This document shows, piece after piece, positions 18,429 to 29,700 of a stretch of DNA of 64,000 bases (position 1 is the stretch's first letter; each line of letters opens with the position of its first letter). The stretch spans positions 158,526 to 222,525 of the forward strand of contig JBFLYH010000002.1 in the NCBI GenBank assembly GCA_040756875.1, in the 5' to 3' direction. The translations under genes were made by a program, and so were the position numbers. The stretch comes from a candidate division FCPU426 bacterium. GTDB lineage: Bacteria; Oederibacteriota; JAAXVQ01; JAUVAV01. Below the pieces are notes generated by a model. That model worked only from the letters and a program-made list of their open reading frames with translations, searched no databases and had not been told where the DNA came from.

Positions 18429-18455
18429 TATGACACCGGCTGCCGGTTAAGGTTC
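18429..18455 (-). promoter_or_regulatory. ECF-type promoter
   Basis: GAACC-N16-GTCATA, the same spacing as the motif at 6723-6750. Confidence 0.5.
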
Positions 18456-18506
18456 TGGTTTTTATTATTTTCAGTTGCCGGGCGGGAAGGCCGGAAAAGA
18501 TTTATT

Positions 18507-19100
18507 TTACAAGGCCGTTTCAGGCAGGTTGGCTTCGGAGCCTTTTTCCGCTTTCTTTTTTATGGCGTGCAACCACATTCTCCTGATCAGCCCGCTGCCC
18601 AGCCGGATAGCCAGCCAGTACAGGCCGAATCTCCTGCGACTCTTCTGGTCCACTGCCCAAATACGTGTTTCCGTGGAGAGCAGGCTCTGGTTGCCCTGCT
18701 TTTGCACAAGAAGATTGGCGGCCACTTTCACGGAACCAGGTGCGTTGAATTCCAAAAAAGCCTTGGCATCCTCCAGTTTCCTGACTGCCGGCACCAGGCG
18801 CCAGAATTCGCCCGCCATGCCGAACACGATCTCACAGCCCGGATTCTCCTCCAGGATGACAAAGTTCCCTGCCACCATATAATCCAAAAAGGGCCGGTTC
18901 CGCTCCCCTTCCAGCATCCGGCCTTTGCCCAGCAGCCAGGCCGGCAGGCTGCGCACTGCCAGCAGCCAAAAAATCGGGGCCGGCAGCTCGGACAGCGTGA
19001 GGCCCCGGGCAGCGGCATAAACCGCCTCAGCCGGGGCTGAAACGGCCAGGCGATGGTGCTCGCTGAAATGCGATTGCGCCAGAAACCGGTCAAGTGACAT
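18507..19100 (-). CDS. Hypothetical protein, DUF2867-like
   Basis: F.EHH...V.A, LSTETR, F..YW..IR.GSGLIRR motif. Confidence 0.7.
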   Translation of the reverse strand: MSLDRFLAQSHFSEHHRLAVSAPAEAVYAAARGLTLSELPAPIFWLLAVRSLPAWLLGKGRMLEGERNRPFLDYMVAGNFVILEENPGCEIVFGMAGEFWRLVPAVRKLEDAKAFLEFNAPGSVKVAANLLVQKQGNQSLLSTETRIWAVDQKSRRRFGLYWLAIRLGSGLIRRMWLHAIKKKAEKGSEANLPETAL

Positions 19101-19116
19101 TGAGTCTCCTCGCTAG

Positions 19117-19229
19117 CAGGGTGCTGAAAAACCCATATATGTTCCGCTAGCACCCTGCTACCCCATGAAAAATCTCTGATTTTTCATGGGGTATTCCATG
19201 CAACGCAATCGACTATAGTCATCAGCCTA
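19117..19229 (+). mobile_element. MITE family A, copy 3 (internally deleted)
   Basis: Same termini as 4644-4821; flanked by CTAG on both sides. Confidence 0.8.
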
Positions 19230-19697
19230 CTAGGCGCGAAAAGCTTTGCCGGGTTTTTCGGCTGTCCATTTCCGCAGGCAGGCTTCAAGCCCCTGGCTGC
19301 GGATATCGCGGATATGTTCGAAGTGCATTTCGCCGTTCACCTGCCTCAGTTCATCCAGCAGGGCGCAATGGAAGCACTCCGGGCATTCCCAGCAGCCCGA
19401 CAGTTGCTTGCCTTGGCAGCAGACTCTGATTTTGCAACCGCCTGATCCGCCGCCCGCGCGGCAAGGTTGCAGGCAGCGCATTTGGTCCCAGGCTTCAAGC
19501 GCCCGGCAGCACTCAGCCGCCTGCCCGAAAGCCTTCAGCTCCCCGTTCACTTCAGCCAGGCCGGGGCCCCATTTTTCGAATCCGATCTCCTTGAATTTGC
19601 CCAGCAGGGCCAGCGCCTGGTCCGCCACCCGGTCGTGCAGCAAGAAGCACGAACCGCAGTGCAGGCCGCAATAACTGACCACGTTTAAATCCGGCAT
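19230..19697 (-). CDS. DUF3795-like Cys-rich metal-binding protein
   Basis: YCGLHCGSC, C..CR, C.IR.CC, CWEC.EC motifs; GAGGAGG RBS. Confidence 0.8.
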   Translation of the reverse strand: MPDLNVVSYCGLHCGSCFLLHDRVADQALALLGKFKEIGFEKWGPGLAEVNGELKAFGQAAECCRALEAWDQMRCLQPCRAGGGSGGCKIRVCCQGKQLSGCWECPECFHCALLDELRQVNGEMHFEHIRDIRSQGLEACLRKWTAEKPGKAFRA

Positions 19698-19944
19698 GGT
19701 TCCTCCTCAAGCCGCGCTGTCAACGCAATCAGTATATCCCAATAAAATTGGTTTGCACACAGGGTTCGCATACCTATCCCGGAAGGTTTCGGCGGCCAGC
19801 AGGGGCATGAGCAGCGGGCCTCGTACGGTCCGGTCAGCGAAACCGCCGTGCATATAGGTTGCAAATGGGGTTTTACAATGGTTGTTCCGGCAAAATAGGG
19901 CGGGTTATATTGATTCCCCGCTATCCTGTCAGGCCGACGCCGAA

Positions 19945-22527
19945 TCAGCGCAACGCCAGTTTCTTGGTCCATCTCCGCAGTTCGAGACCGCCGTCGTCCA
20001 AGACCCGAATCCGGTAGTAATACACGCCGCGGGCCAGGGAGGCGGCGTTCCAATCCACGATGATTGTGCCGTTGGGAGAGCGCGCCGGTTGTTCCCTGAT
20101 GTGGGCCACCCGTTCACCGTTCGCTCCAAAAACGTCGATATCCACCCAGGCCCCGCGGCCCAAAGGCACCATAAACCGCACCCGGGCCGAGGCCGGGTTG
20201 GGGTACGCGCTCGCCTCGCTGGCCGCGAGCGGGAAGATCACGGCGGCCCCGGTCACGCCCGAGGTTTCGTCGGGTGTGGCGACGACGGTCTGCGTCGCCG
20301 TGGCCGTCGGCTCAATGGTGGGCGTTTCCGCGAGGGTGACGACGGGCGTCATGGACGACGTGGCAGTCACGGTCCGCGTGACCGTATCCGTAGGCGCGAC
20401 GGTCATGGTCGGCGTGATGGTCGGCGTCAGCGTCACGGTGCCCGTCGCGCTCGGCGTGGCGGTGATGGTCGCGGTTTCGGTGATGGTCGTCGTGTCGGTG
20501 CACGTGGGCGTCTCGGACGGCGTCGGCGAGATCGTGGCGGTCTCCGTGATCGTGCCTGTCTGCGTCGTTGTCGGCGATACGGTGGGAGTCGGCGAAATGG
20601 TCGAGGTCGGCGTTATGGTGGAGGTATCCGTGCTCGTCCGGGTGAGCGTCGCGGTCGGCGTCTCGGACGGCGTCACCGTGGCGGTCGGAGTGGGTGTCGG
20701 CAGATTCAGCAGGTAAATTTCGAATCCAGCGGTATAGTCCGCCACATAGATATAACTCCCGTTCGCAGCCACACCCCGGGCTTCTCCGGGCGTATCATAA
20801 TAAGCCACCTGGCTCGGGCTCGCCGGAAGGCTGATGTCAATGACCCGCAGGCCGGAATTGCCGTCCGCCACATAGGCGTAGTTGCCGCTCACGGCCACGC
20901 CCAGCGCTTCTCCGGGCGTATCACAATACCCCGCCTCGGCCGGGCTCGCCGGATTGCTGATGTCAATGATGCGCAAACCGTAGCTGCCGTCCGCCACATA
21001 GGCGTAGTTGCCGCTCACAGCCACGCCATTCGCGTTTCCGGGCGTATCACAATACCCCGCCTCGCTCGGGCTGGCCGGATTGCTGACATCGATAACCCGC
21101 AAAGTGTAATAATCCGCCACGTAGGCGTAACTTCCGCTTACCGCCACGCCATACGCGGATCCGGGCGTGTCATAAAAACCCGCTTCGCCCGGGCTCGCCG
21201 GATTGCTGACATTGATGATCCGCAGCCCATTCCACGTGTCCGCCACGTAGGCGTAGCTCCCGCTCACGGCCACGCCGCGGGCATCCCCGAGTGTGTTGCA
21301 GAAACCCATTCCGCTCGGGCTCGCCGGATTGCTGATATTGACGATCTGCAGGCCGCCGTCGGCGATGTAGGCGTAGTTCCCGCTCACGGCCACGCTCTCG
21401 GCGTTTCCGGCCGTAGCGCAGAAGCCCGCCTGGCTCGGATTCGCCGGATTGCCTACGGATATGACCCGTAAGCCGTTCACGTTGTCCGCCACATAGGCGT
21501 AGCTTCCGCTCACCGCCACGCTCCGTGCGTAGCTGGGGGAATAAAAATATCCGGTCTCGTACGGGTTGGCCGGATTGCTGGTGTTAACGACCCGCATACT
21601 GTAATAATCCGCCACGTAAAAGGAGTTTCCGCTCACCGCCACGCCGCACGCCTGCCCGGGCGTGTCAATGAATCCGGTTTCGGTCGGGTTGGACGGAATG
21701 CTGACATGGATGATGCGCACCCCGCTCAAGCCGTCCGCTACGTAGACATAGTGATTGCTAAACGCCGCCCCCCAGGCCTGCCCGGGCGTGTCATAAAAAC
21801 CTGTCTCGCTCGGGCTCGCCGGATTGCTGACATCGATGATCCGCAACCCGCTCGTGCCGGCCGCCAGATAGGCGTAGTTTCCGTCCACAGCCAGGCCGTA
21901 CGCATTTCCCGGAGGGTCACAAAAACCCGTCTCGCTCGGGCTCGCCGGATTGCTGATATTGATGATCCGCAGCCCGGTGCCGTCCACGACATAGGCGTAA
22001 TTCCCGCTCACGACGATGCCCCGGGCTTCCCACGCCGGATCATAAAAGCCCGCCTCGCTCGGGCTCGCCGGATTGCTGATATTGATGACCCGGACGCCGC
22101 TCGTGCTGTCCGCGACATAAGCGTAATTCCCGCTGATCGCCACGCCATAGGCCCAGCCGGGCGTATTATAGAACCCCACCTCGCTCGGGCTCGCCGGATT
22201 GCTGATATTGACGATCCGCAAGCCGCTGTCGCTGGCCGCGACATAGGCATAACCGCCGCTGACCGCCACGTCCTGGATGGTCCCTGGCGCTTGAAAGTAG
22301 CCGACTTGCACGGGATTGGACGGGTTGGAAATGTTAATGATCGAAAGGATGGCCGAGGAAACCACATAGGCGTAATTGCTCTGGGCGACCACACCCACCG
22401 GCAAGCCGCCGACAAGCTGTCCGGTCAAATTGATGTATTGCGAAGCTGCGGCCCGTGCTCCCGAGGCTGCGGCTAAGGGCAGCCCCAGAAGTACCAAAAC
22501 CATGACCAGCTGTCTTTTATGGCTCAT
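19945..22527 (-). CDS. Secreted LVIVD-repeat beta-propeller protein with Thr/Pro linker and YPNP-type C-terminal domain
   Basis: Signal peptide; about 13 repeats of GVAVSGNYAYVAD...GLRIIDISNPASP; TPT tract; AYPNPA...G.YYYR C-terminus. Confidence 0.9.
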   Translation of the reverse strand: MSHKRQLVMVLVLLGLPLAAASGARAAASQYINLTGQLVGGLPVGVVAQSNYAYVVSSAILSIINISNPSNPVQVGYFQAPGTIQDVAVSGGYAYVAASDSGLRIVNISNPASPSEVGFYNTPGWAYGVAISGNYAYVADSTSGVRVINISNPASPSEAGFYDPAWEARGIVVSGNYAYVVDGTGLRIINISNPASPSETGFCDPPGNAYGLAVDGNYAYLAAGTSGLRIIDVSNPASPSETGFYDTPGQAWGAAFSNHYVYVADGLSGVRIIHVSIPSNPTETGFIDTPGQACGVAVSGNSFYVADYYSMRVVNTSNPANPYETGYFYSPSYARSVAVSGSYAYVADNVNGLRVISVGNPANPSQAGFCATAGNAESVAVSGNYAYIADGGLQIVNISNPASPSGMGFCNTLGDARGVAVSGSYAYVADTWNGLRIINVSNPASPGEAGFYDTPGSAYGVAVSGSYAYVADYYTLRVIDVSNPASPSEAGYCDTPGNANGVAVSGNYAYVADGSYGLRIIDISNPASPAEAGYCDTPGEALGVAVSGNYAYVADGNSGLRVIDISLPASPSQVAYYDTPGEARGVAANGSYIYVADYTAGFEIYLLNLPTPTPTATVTPSETPTATLTRTSTDTSTITPTSTISPTPTVSPTTTQTGTITETATISPTPSETPTCTDTTTITETATITATPSATGTVTLTPTITPTMTVAPTDTVTRTVTATSSMTPVVTLAETPTIEPTATATQTVVATPDETSGVTGAAVIFPLAASEASAYPNPASARVRFMVPLGRGAWVDIDVFGANGERVAHIREQPARSPNGTIIVDWNAASLARGVYYYRIRVLDDGGLELRRWTKKLALR

Positions 22528-22851
22528 CGGCTTTGGCCTCGTGGAGGGTATGGAGGCTGCACAACTCTCTATACATAATTATACTTCTACTCCCATACTT
22601 TAATAGACCCATTTTAGGATATTTTAATACAGTTTTTTATGAGACATCTCGTTATAAGCGGTTTTTTCGGCTGGGTTTTAGGCTTGAAACCCACGCTTTT
22701 TGCCCCGGCGCCTAAAAACTCCATATTTGTCTGTTTTTCCGGTTTTGGTCGGCTTAAAATGCACTTGTCAGATGCAATGACATCAGGAGGTGGCGCCTCA
22801 AGGCCGCAAAGCCTGGGGTGCCCAGCGGAAAGGCTGGAGGTGGGAGCGTTC

Positions 22852-23589
22852 ATGACCCTTGGTCAATGCTTGGGAGTGGGTCTGTGTTCTGTTTCCTTGG
22901 CTGCGTTTTTACCTGTTGCTGTGACTGCGGAGAAAGGAAGCGCCATGAACCTTCAATTGGAAGCCGAAGTCGAACCGGCGGTCTGGCCTGCCAACAAAAT
23001 GCGCGACATCACCATTCGCCTGAGAATGACCAACAACTCCCCCCTGCCAGTCACCATTTACCCGGCGTATACCGCCCTGGCCTGGAAAGTATCAGTGGCC
23101 AGCATGGGCATGACCTGGGACCTCAAGTTCAAGCCCGAGGAGCCGGGCCTGAGCGCCTCGGGCCATGAGCTGCGGACCTATTACGGCCCCCCTGGCGAGC
23201 CGGTGAGCGAACTCGCCGTGCGCAAAGCCGGCAAGGTGCTCAAACCCGGGGCCGAGCACGTTACGACCTTGCAGGCTTGCTGGATTCCCCATGCACTGCT
23301 CCAGACTGAGCACTTGTCCATGCAAACGCTGGACCCGGAGGGGTTGGACAATCTCAGGTCCATACCCCAGTTCGATAAATGCTCGGTATTGGTTTTCGGC
23401 GCCAGCAGCGCGTGGATCAAGGATCATTCGAAGAGCAAGGAGATGTTACGGGGTTTTATGGTGGTTTTTTTCAGCGGTCCGGGCAGGTATACTCTGCGCG
23501 CGTCCTATCATCAAACTCCGGTCATGTGCAAGATCGTGGAGGAATTGAAAGCAGAGGCGACCGGTGTGGAAGTAGAGGCGGGAAAGTGA
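22852..23589 (+). CDS. Hypothetical exported protein (start 22852 or 22945)
   Basis: Long open frame; possible signal peptide; Ig-like PGRYTL motif. Confidence 0.6.
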   Translation: MTLGQCLGVGLCSVSLAAFLPVAVTAEKGSAMNLQLEAEVEPAVWPANKMRDITIRLRMTNNSPLPVTIYPAYTALAWKVSVASMGMTWDLKFKPEEPGLSASGHELRTYYGPPGEPVSELAVRKAGKVLKPGAEHVTTLQACWIPHALLQTEHLSMQTLDPEGLDNLRSIPQFDKCSVLVFGASSAWIKDHSKSKEMLRGFMVVFFSGPGRYTLRASYHQTPVMCKIVEELKAEATGVEVEAGK

Positions 23590-23758
23590 AACTCCCCGCG
23601 GACTTTGGTGAAGGGGGTCATGCGCTTGCGACCTCCGGGCTCAATGATACAGGTATTTCACCTCGATCTATGGTACCCTTCTAAAGGACACCAGCTCCGC
23701 CAACAAATCCCGCAAACCACTCACCGGCCAAAGGTCTTGCGGAGGGATTGAAAACCCA

Positions 23759-26700
23759 ATGGACGAAAGCACCAAGGAAAAGATCAAAAGCATCATCCAA
23801 CTCAAGCTCCGCCCTTCGCCCGGGGAGATCGCCCAGCAACTGGGGCAGGAGCAGCCGCTGCGCGCCGAGCTGTTCAGCGTCGAGCAGATGATGGAATATG
23901 CCAAGAAGCTGGTCCAGCTGCATGCACTGGAGAGCGCGCGCGGGCCGGACCGCCTGCTGCCGCGATTGAACGAAAACGAGAAGCTGCTGCTGGAAGCCCA
24001 TCAGTCCCTGGAGGACAAAGCCGCAAAAAAGCCGTCCCTGCTGCCGGCCGAAGAATGGTTTCTGGACAATTTCCACCTCATCGAAGAACAAATCCGCATC
24101 ATTCGCAAACATTTTCCCAAAGCCTACAGCCGCGAACTGCCATTGCTCAAAGCCGGCAAGGCCGCGGGGTTTCCCCGGGTTTATGATATCGCCCTGGAGG
24201 TTATTTCCCACGGCGATGGCCGGGTGGACGCGGGCAGCTTGAGCGCGTTTGTGGATGCGTATCAAACCTCAACCGCTTTGAAATTAGGCGAACTGTGGGC
24301 CATTCCCATCATGCTGCGCCTGGCCTTGGTCGAAAACCTGCGGCGCGTGGCAGCCCGCATCACGGCCGGCAAACTTGACCGCCAGCAGGCCGGGTACTGG
24401 GCCGCCCGCATGACCCGGATCGCGGCCAAGGACCCCAAGAATCTGGTCCTCGAGATGGCGGATATGTCCCGTTCAAACCCGCCCATGTCCAGCGCGTTCG
24501 TGGCCGAGTTGACGCGGCGCCTCCAGGGCCAGGGGCCGACCCTGGCCCTTCCCCTGACCTGGCTCGAACAGCGGCTGAGCGAGACCGGTTCGAGCATTGA
24601 ACAGCTGGTGCGCCTGGAGAACCAGCGCCAGGCCGAGGACCAGGTATCCATCAGCAACAGCATCGCCAGCCTGAGGTTTCTCAACGCCATGGATTGGCGC
24701 GAGTTTGTAGAGACCATGAGCCGGGTGGAACAGAACCTCGCCCGCGATCCCGGGGACGTGCACCGGCGCACGGATTTCGCCACCCGCGACCGGTGCCGGC
24801 ATCAGGTGGAATTCCTCGCCCGGCGCAGCGGCCGGTCCGAAACGGAGATCGCGGATCAGGCTGTGGAACTGGCCCGCACGGCGGCCCGCGTCCACGGCCG
24901 GGACGACCGCGTTGCGTACGTCGGCTATTATCTGCTGGATAAAGGCCTGGCTGAGTTGGAACGGCTGGTGAAACCGCGGATCACCCTCGGGGAACGGATC
25001 GGGAGGCTCATCCGGCGGTTCCCCCTGTTCTTCTACCTGGGAACGATCATGCTCCTGACGCTGGCTGCGACCGGATGGGTCCTGGGCTTCCTGCGCGAGG
25101 CGCCGGCCGGGGTCCTGGTCGGGGCCGGACTTCTGCTTCTGATCGGCGCCAGCCAGCTGATGACTTCCCTGGTGAATTGGCTGGGCACCCTGGCGGTTCA
25201 GCCCGACCGGCTGGCGCGCATGGATTTTTCCAAAGGCCTGCCTCCCGAGGTCCGCACCCTGGTCGTGGTCCCCTGCATGCTGTCGAACCCGGAGACCGTG
25301 ACCGCCTTGCTGGAAAACCTGGAGGTTCTGTATCTGGCCAACCGCGACCTGTACCTGCATTTTGGCCTGGTCACCGACCTCCCCGATGCGCCCCGGGAAC
25401 ATCTCCCCGAAGATGACGGCGTGCTGGCGGCGGTCAGGGCCGGCATCGAGGGGTTGAACGCCCGCTATCCCCACGAACAAGTCGACCGGTTCTACCTCTT
25501 CCACCGGCCCCGTACCTGGAATCCGAAAGAAGGGTGCTGGATGGGCAAGGAACGCAAGCGCGGCAAGCTGGAGAATCTGAACCACCTCCTGAGCCAGGGC
25601 GCCCCGGAACCGGGCACCCTGATCGTCGGCGAGCCGGCGGTGCTGGGTCAGATGAAATACGTCATCACGCTGGACACCGACACGCAGATGACCCTGGATT
25701 CCGCCCGGATGCTGGTGGCGACCTTGGCCCACCCCCTGAACCGGCCCCGCTACGATTACGTGTCCAACCGGGTGTGCGAGGGGTACGGCATCCTGCAGCC
25801 GCGCATGGGAACCAGTCTGGCGGATGCGCGGCGCTCCTGGTTCGTGCGCCTGTTCGGCAGCGAAGTGGGCCTGGACCCGTATACGCTGGAAGTGTCCGAC
25901 ATCTACCAGGACCTGTTCCGGGAAGGCTCGTTCGTGGGCAAGGGCATCTATGAAGTGGCGGCCTTTCAAAAGGTGTTGTCAGGCCGTTTTCCCGAGAACC
26001 GGATTCTTTCGCACGATCTCTTGGAAGGCGGATATGTCCGGTCCGGACTGGTCAGCGATATCGTCCTGTATGAGAGCCACCCGGCCAATTATTTGGCGGA
26101 CGCCCGGCGGCGCCACCGCTGGATCCGGGGAGATTGGCAAATCGCCCGCTGGATTTTGCCCCGGGCGCCCGGGCCTGCGTCCCGGGTCCGAAACCCGCTC
26201 ACCCTGCTCTACCGCTGGAAGCTATTGGACAACCTGCGGCGCAGCCTGGTGTCGCCGGCTTTATTCGCGCTGCTGCTGTGGGGATGGCTGACCGGGCCCT
26301 GGTCCGCCGTTCTCACGGCTTTTGTCGCCGCCGTGATCTTCCTCCCGGCCCTGCTCAAGTCGGCTTGCGAGCTGTGGTTCCAAAGGCCGCGGGAGATGCC
26401 GTTTGAGCTCCATGCCCGCGAAACGGGCCACAGCCTGGTCAAGCAGCTGGCCATGGAAGCCGTCCGGCTCGTGCTTTTGCCCTTTAAAGTCCACAGGGAC
26501 CTGGATGCGGTTTTTCGCACCCTGTTCAGGCTGCTCGTCACGCATAAGCATCTTTTGAAATGGACCACGGCCAGCGATGGCAGCCGTCTGGCCGCGGCGG
26601 AGGTCAAAGACTTTTGGAGGGCCATGGCCGTTGCCCCGCTCCTGGCGGTGGCTTCCGGGGCGGCGGTCTGCTGCCTCAATCCGGGTGCGTTCTGGATGGC

Positions 26701-29700
26701 CGGCGGGGTGTTGCTGGCGTGGTTCCTCTCCCCCCTCGCCGCCTGGTTCATCAGCCGGCCGCTGGCCCCGCGTCCGTTGCGGCTTTCGTCCGGCCAGGAC
26801 GATTTTTTGCGCAAGCTGGCGCGGCGCACCTGGCGCTTTTTCGAAACCTTTACCAACGAGGCGGAGCACTGGCTGCCTCTCGACAATGTCCATGAAAAGC
26901 CCGTCTTTCTGCAAAGCCACCGCACGTCGCCCACGAACATGGGTCTGTCCCTGCTCTCAAGCCTGTCGGCCTATGATTTCGGATACCTTTCCACCGGCCA
27001 GCTGATCTTCCGGCTGACCCGCAGCCTGCACACCATGGAGGAGCTGGAGCACTTCCGCGGTCATTTTTACAATTGGTACGACACGCAGACCCTGAAACCC
27101 CTGAACCCTTTGTATATTTCCACCGTGGACAGCGGCAACCTTGCCGGGCACCTGCTGGTTCTCAGGCAAGGCTTGCTGGCTATGTGCGACCACCCGCTGG
27201 TCCCGGACCGGGTGTTCCAGGGCTGCGCGGACGCGCTGGCGGTCCTGGAGGAGGCCGTGCACGGAACGGAATACAAACTCTCCCCGGAGCTCAAGGGAAA
27301 GCTCAAGCACCTCCGGGAGCAGGTGAACGAAAAACCGCGCGCCCTGAAGGAAACGTGGGACCGCCTGCAGCGGCTGGAAAGCATGTGCCGTGATCTCGAA
27401 CCGGGTCTGGCCGGGAACCCCGAGGCCGGGTGGTGGGCCGGCGCGCTGGCGCGCCAGTGCCGGGGGCATTGGGATGACATCGATTTCATCGCGCCCTGGC
27501 TGAAACTGTCTCCGCCCGAAGAAAGATTCTGGCAGTCCGCCGGCGGCGCGGAGGAGGGCCAGTGGCTGCAAAGCGTAAGAACCGCGTGGGAGGGGCTGCA
27601 CGCCGGCCCGACCCTCCGCGAGGTGGCGGACCTGGGCAAGCACCTCCTGCCGCTGATCGACCAGCTGTACTCCGCGCGGCAGGATTCCGCCCGCCGGGAA
27701 TGGCTGGCCCAGTTCCGGCAGATCGTGGTCGAGGCCGGAAACCAGGCGGCCGGCAGGATCGCGGCGATAGAGAAACGGGCCCAACAGTGCGGCCGCATGG
27801 CGGAAATGGAGTATGATTTTTTATACGACCACGCCAGGCACCTTTTGACCATCGGCTACGATGTCGGCGAACGCCGCCGGGAAGACAGCTTTTACGACCT
27901 GCTGGCCTCCGAGGCCCGGCTCGGGAGCTTTGTGGCCATCGCCCAGGGACGCCTGCCCCAGGAGCATTGGTTTTCCCTGGGGCGGCTGTTGACCGTGGCC
28001 GGCGGCCGGTCGGTCCTGCTGTCCTGGGGCGGGTCCATGTTCGAATATTTGATGCCGCTGCTCGTCATGCCGTCGTACGAGAACACGCTTCTGGAGCAGA
28101 CCGCCAAGGCCGTGGTGGCCCGCCAGATAGAATACGGCCAGAAGCGCGGCGTGTGCTGGGGCATCTCCGAATCCGGTTACAACCTGACGGACGCAAACCA
28201 CAATTACCAATACCGGGCCTTTGGCGTGCCGGGCCTGGGCTTCAAGCGGGGGCTGGCCGAAGACCTGGTGATCGCGCCCTATGCCTCGGGATTGGCCTTG
28301 CTGGTGGAGCCCGAGGCGGCGGTGGAAAACCTCATGCACCTGGCCGAGGCCGGTCTGCTGGGACCCTATGGCATGTACGAGGCCGTGGACTATACCCCGG
28401 CGCGTTTGTCCCGCGGGCAGACCTCGGCCGTTGTCAGTTCGTACCTGGCCCACCACCAGGGCATGCTGTTTTTGTCGCTGGCCTCCTGCCTGCTGGACCG
28501 GCCCATGCAAAAGCGTTTCGAGTCCCAGCCGGAGTTTCAGGCCGCCAGGCTGCTGCTTCAGGAACGGGTCCCCAAGGAGGCGCCGGAGCACCTGCAGACC
28601 TCCGAGGCCTTGGAACGCGGCTGGCGCGCCACCGAGCACCAGGCGCTCATGCGCGTATTTACCACGCCCCACACGCCGGTTCCGGAAGTCCACCTGCTGT
28701 CCAACGGCCGGTATTATGTGATGGTCACCAATGCGGGCGGCGGGTACAGCCACTGGAAGGACCTGGTCCTGACCCGCTGGCGCGAAGATGCGACCCTGGA
28801 CAGCCAGGGGTTGTTCTGCTATCTGCGGGATGTGGAACGCAACGAAACCTGGTCCGCCGCCTTCCATCCGGCCCAGAGGCCGGCCAAGCAGTACGAGGCG
28901 ATTTTTTCCCAGGCCCGGGCGGAATTCCGGCGGCGCGATCTGGACCTGGACACGCACACCGAAATCGCGGTCTCGCCCGAGGATGACATCGAACTGCGCC
29001 GCATCCGCATCACCAACCGTTCCCGCGCCCCGCGCACCCTGGAATTGACCTCCTACGCCGAGGTGGTGCTGGCGCCGCCCGGCGCCGAGGACACGCATCC
29101 GGCTTTCAACGGACTTTTCGTCCAAACCGAAATCATCCGCGACCGGGATGCCATCCTCTGCAGCCGCCGCCCCCGCTCGGCCGAAGAGCAGCCGCCCTGG
29201 ATGCTGCATCTGATGGTCGTTCAGGCCGGCCAGGAGCTCGAGACGTCCTTCGAAACCGACCGGCAGAAGTTCATCGGCCGGGGCCGGAGCGTTTCGTCCC
29301 CGGCGGCGCTGGAGACCCGGGAGCTTTCGAACAGCGAAGGGGCGGTCCTGGACCCGATCGTGGCCATCCGGCGCCGGATCACGATCGAACCCGAAAGCAC
29401 CGCGATCGTGAACATCATTCTGGGGGCGGTGGAAAGCCGCGAACGGGCCCTGGGGCTGATTGAAAAATACCACGATTGGCGGCTGACGGACCGGGTGTTT
29501 GAACTGGCTTTCAGCCACGGCCAGGTGGTTCTGCACCAGCTGAACGCCACCGAGGCGGACGCCCAGGTCTACGGCCGTTTGGCCGGGTCGGTCATTTATG
29601 TCAATCCGGCCCGCCGGGCCCTGCCCGGGGTTATCCTCAAAAACACCCGCGGCCAGTCGGATTTATGGAGCTACGGGATTTCCGGCGACCTGCCCATCGT

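Noticed and set aside
20750-22330. ~126-bp tandem DNA repeats as a non-coding array or DGR template
   Set aside because: Explained by in-frame LVIVD-type protein repeats; no adenine-specific variation noticed and no reverse transcriptase.
22790-22845. c-di-GMP-I riboswitch (GCAAAG and GAAA hairpins)
   Set aside because: The elements are in the wrong order and the GGCAAAC core is absent; probably ordinary hairpins.
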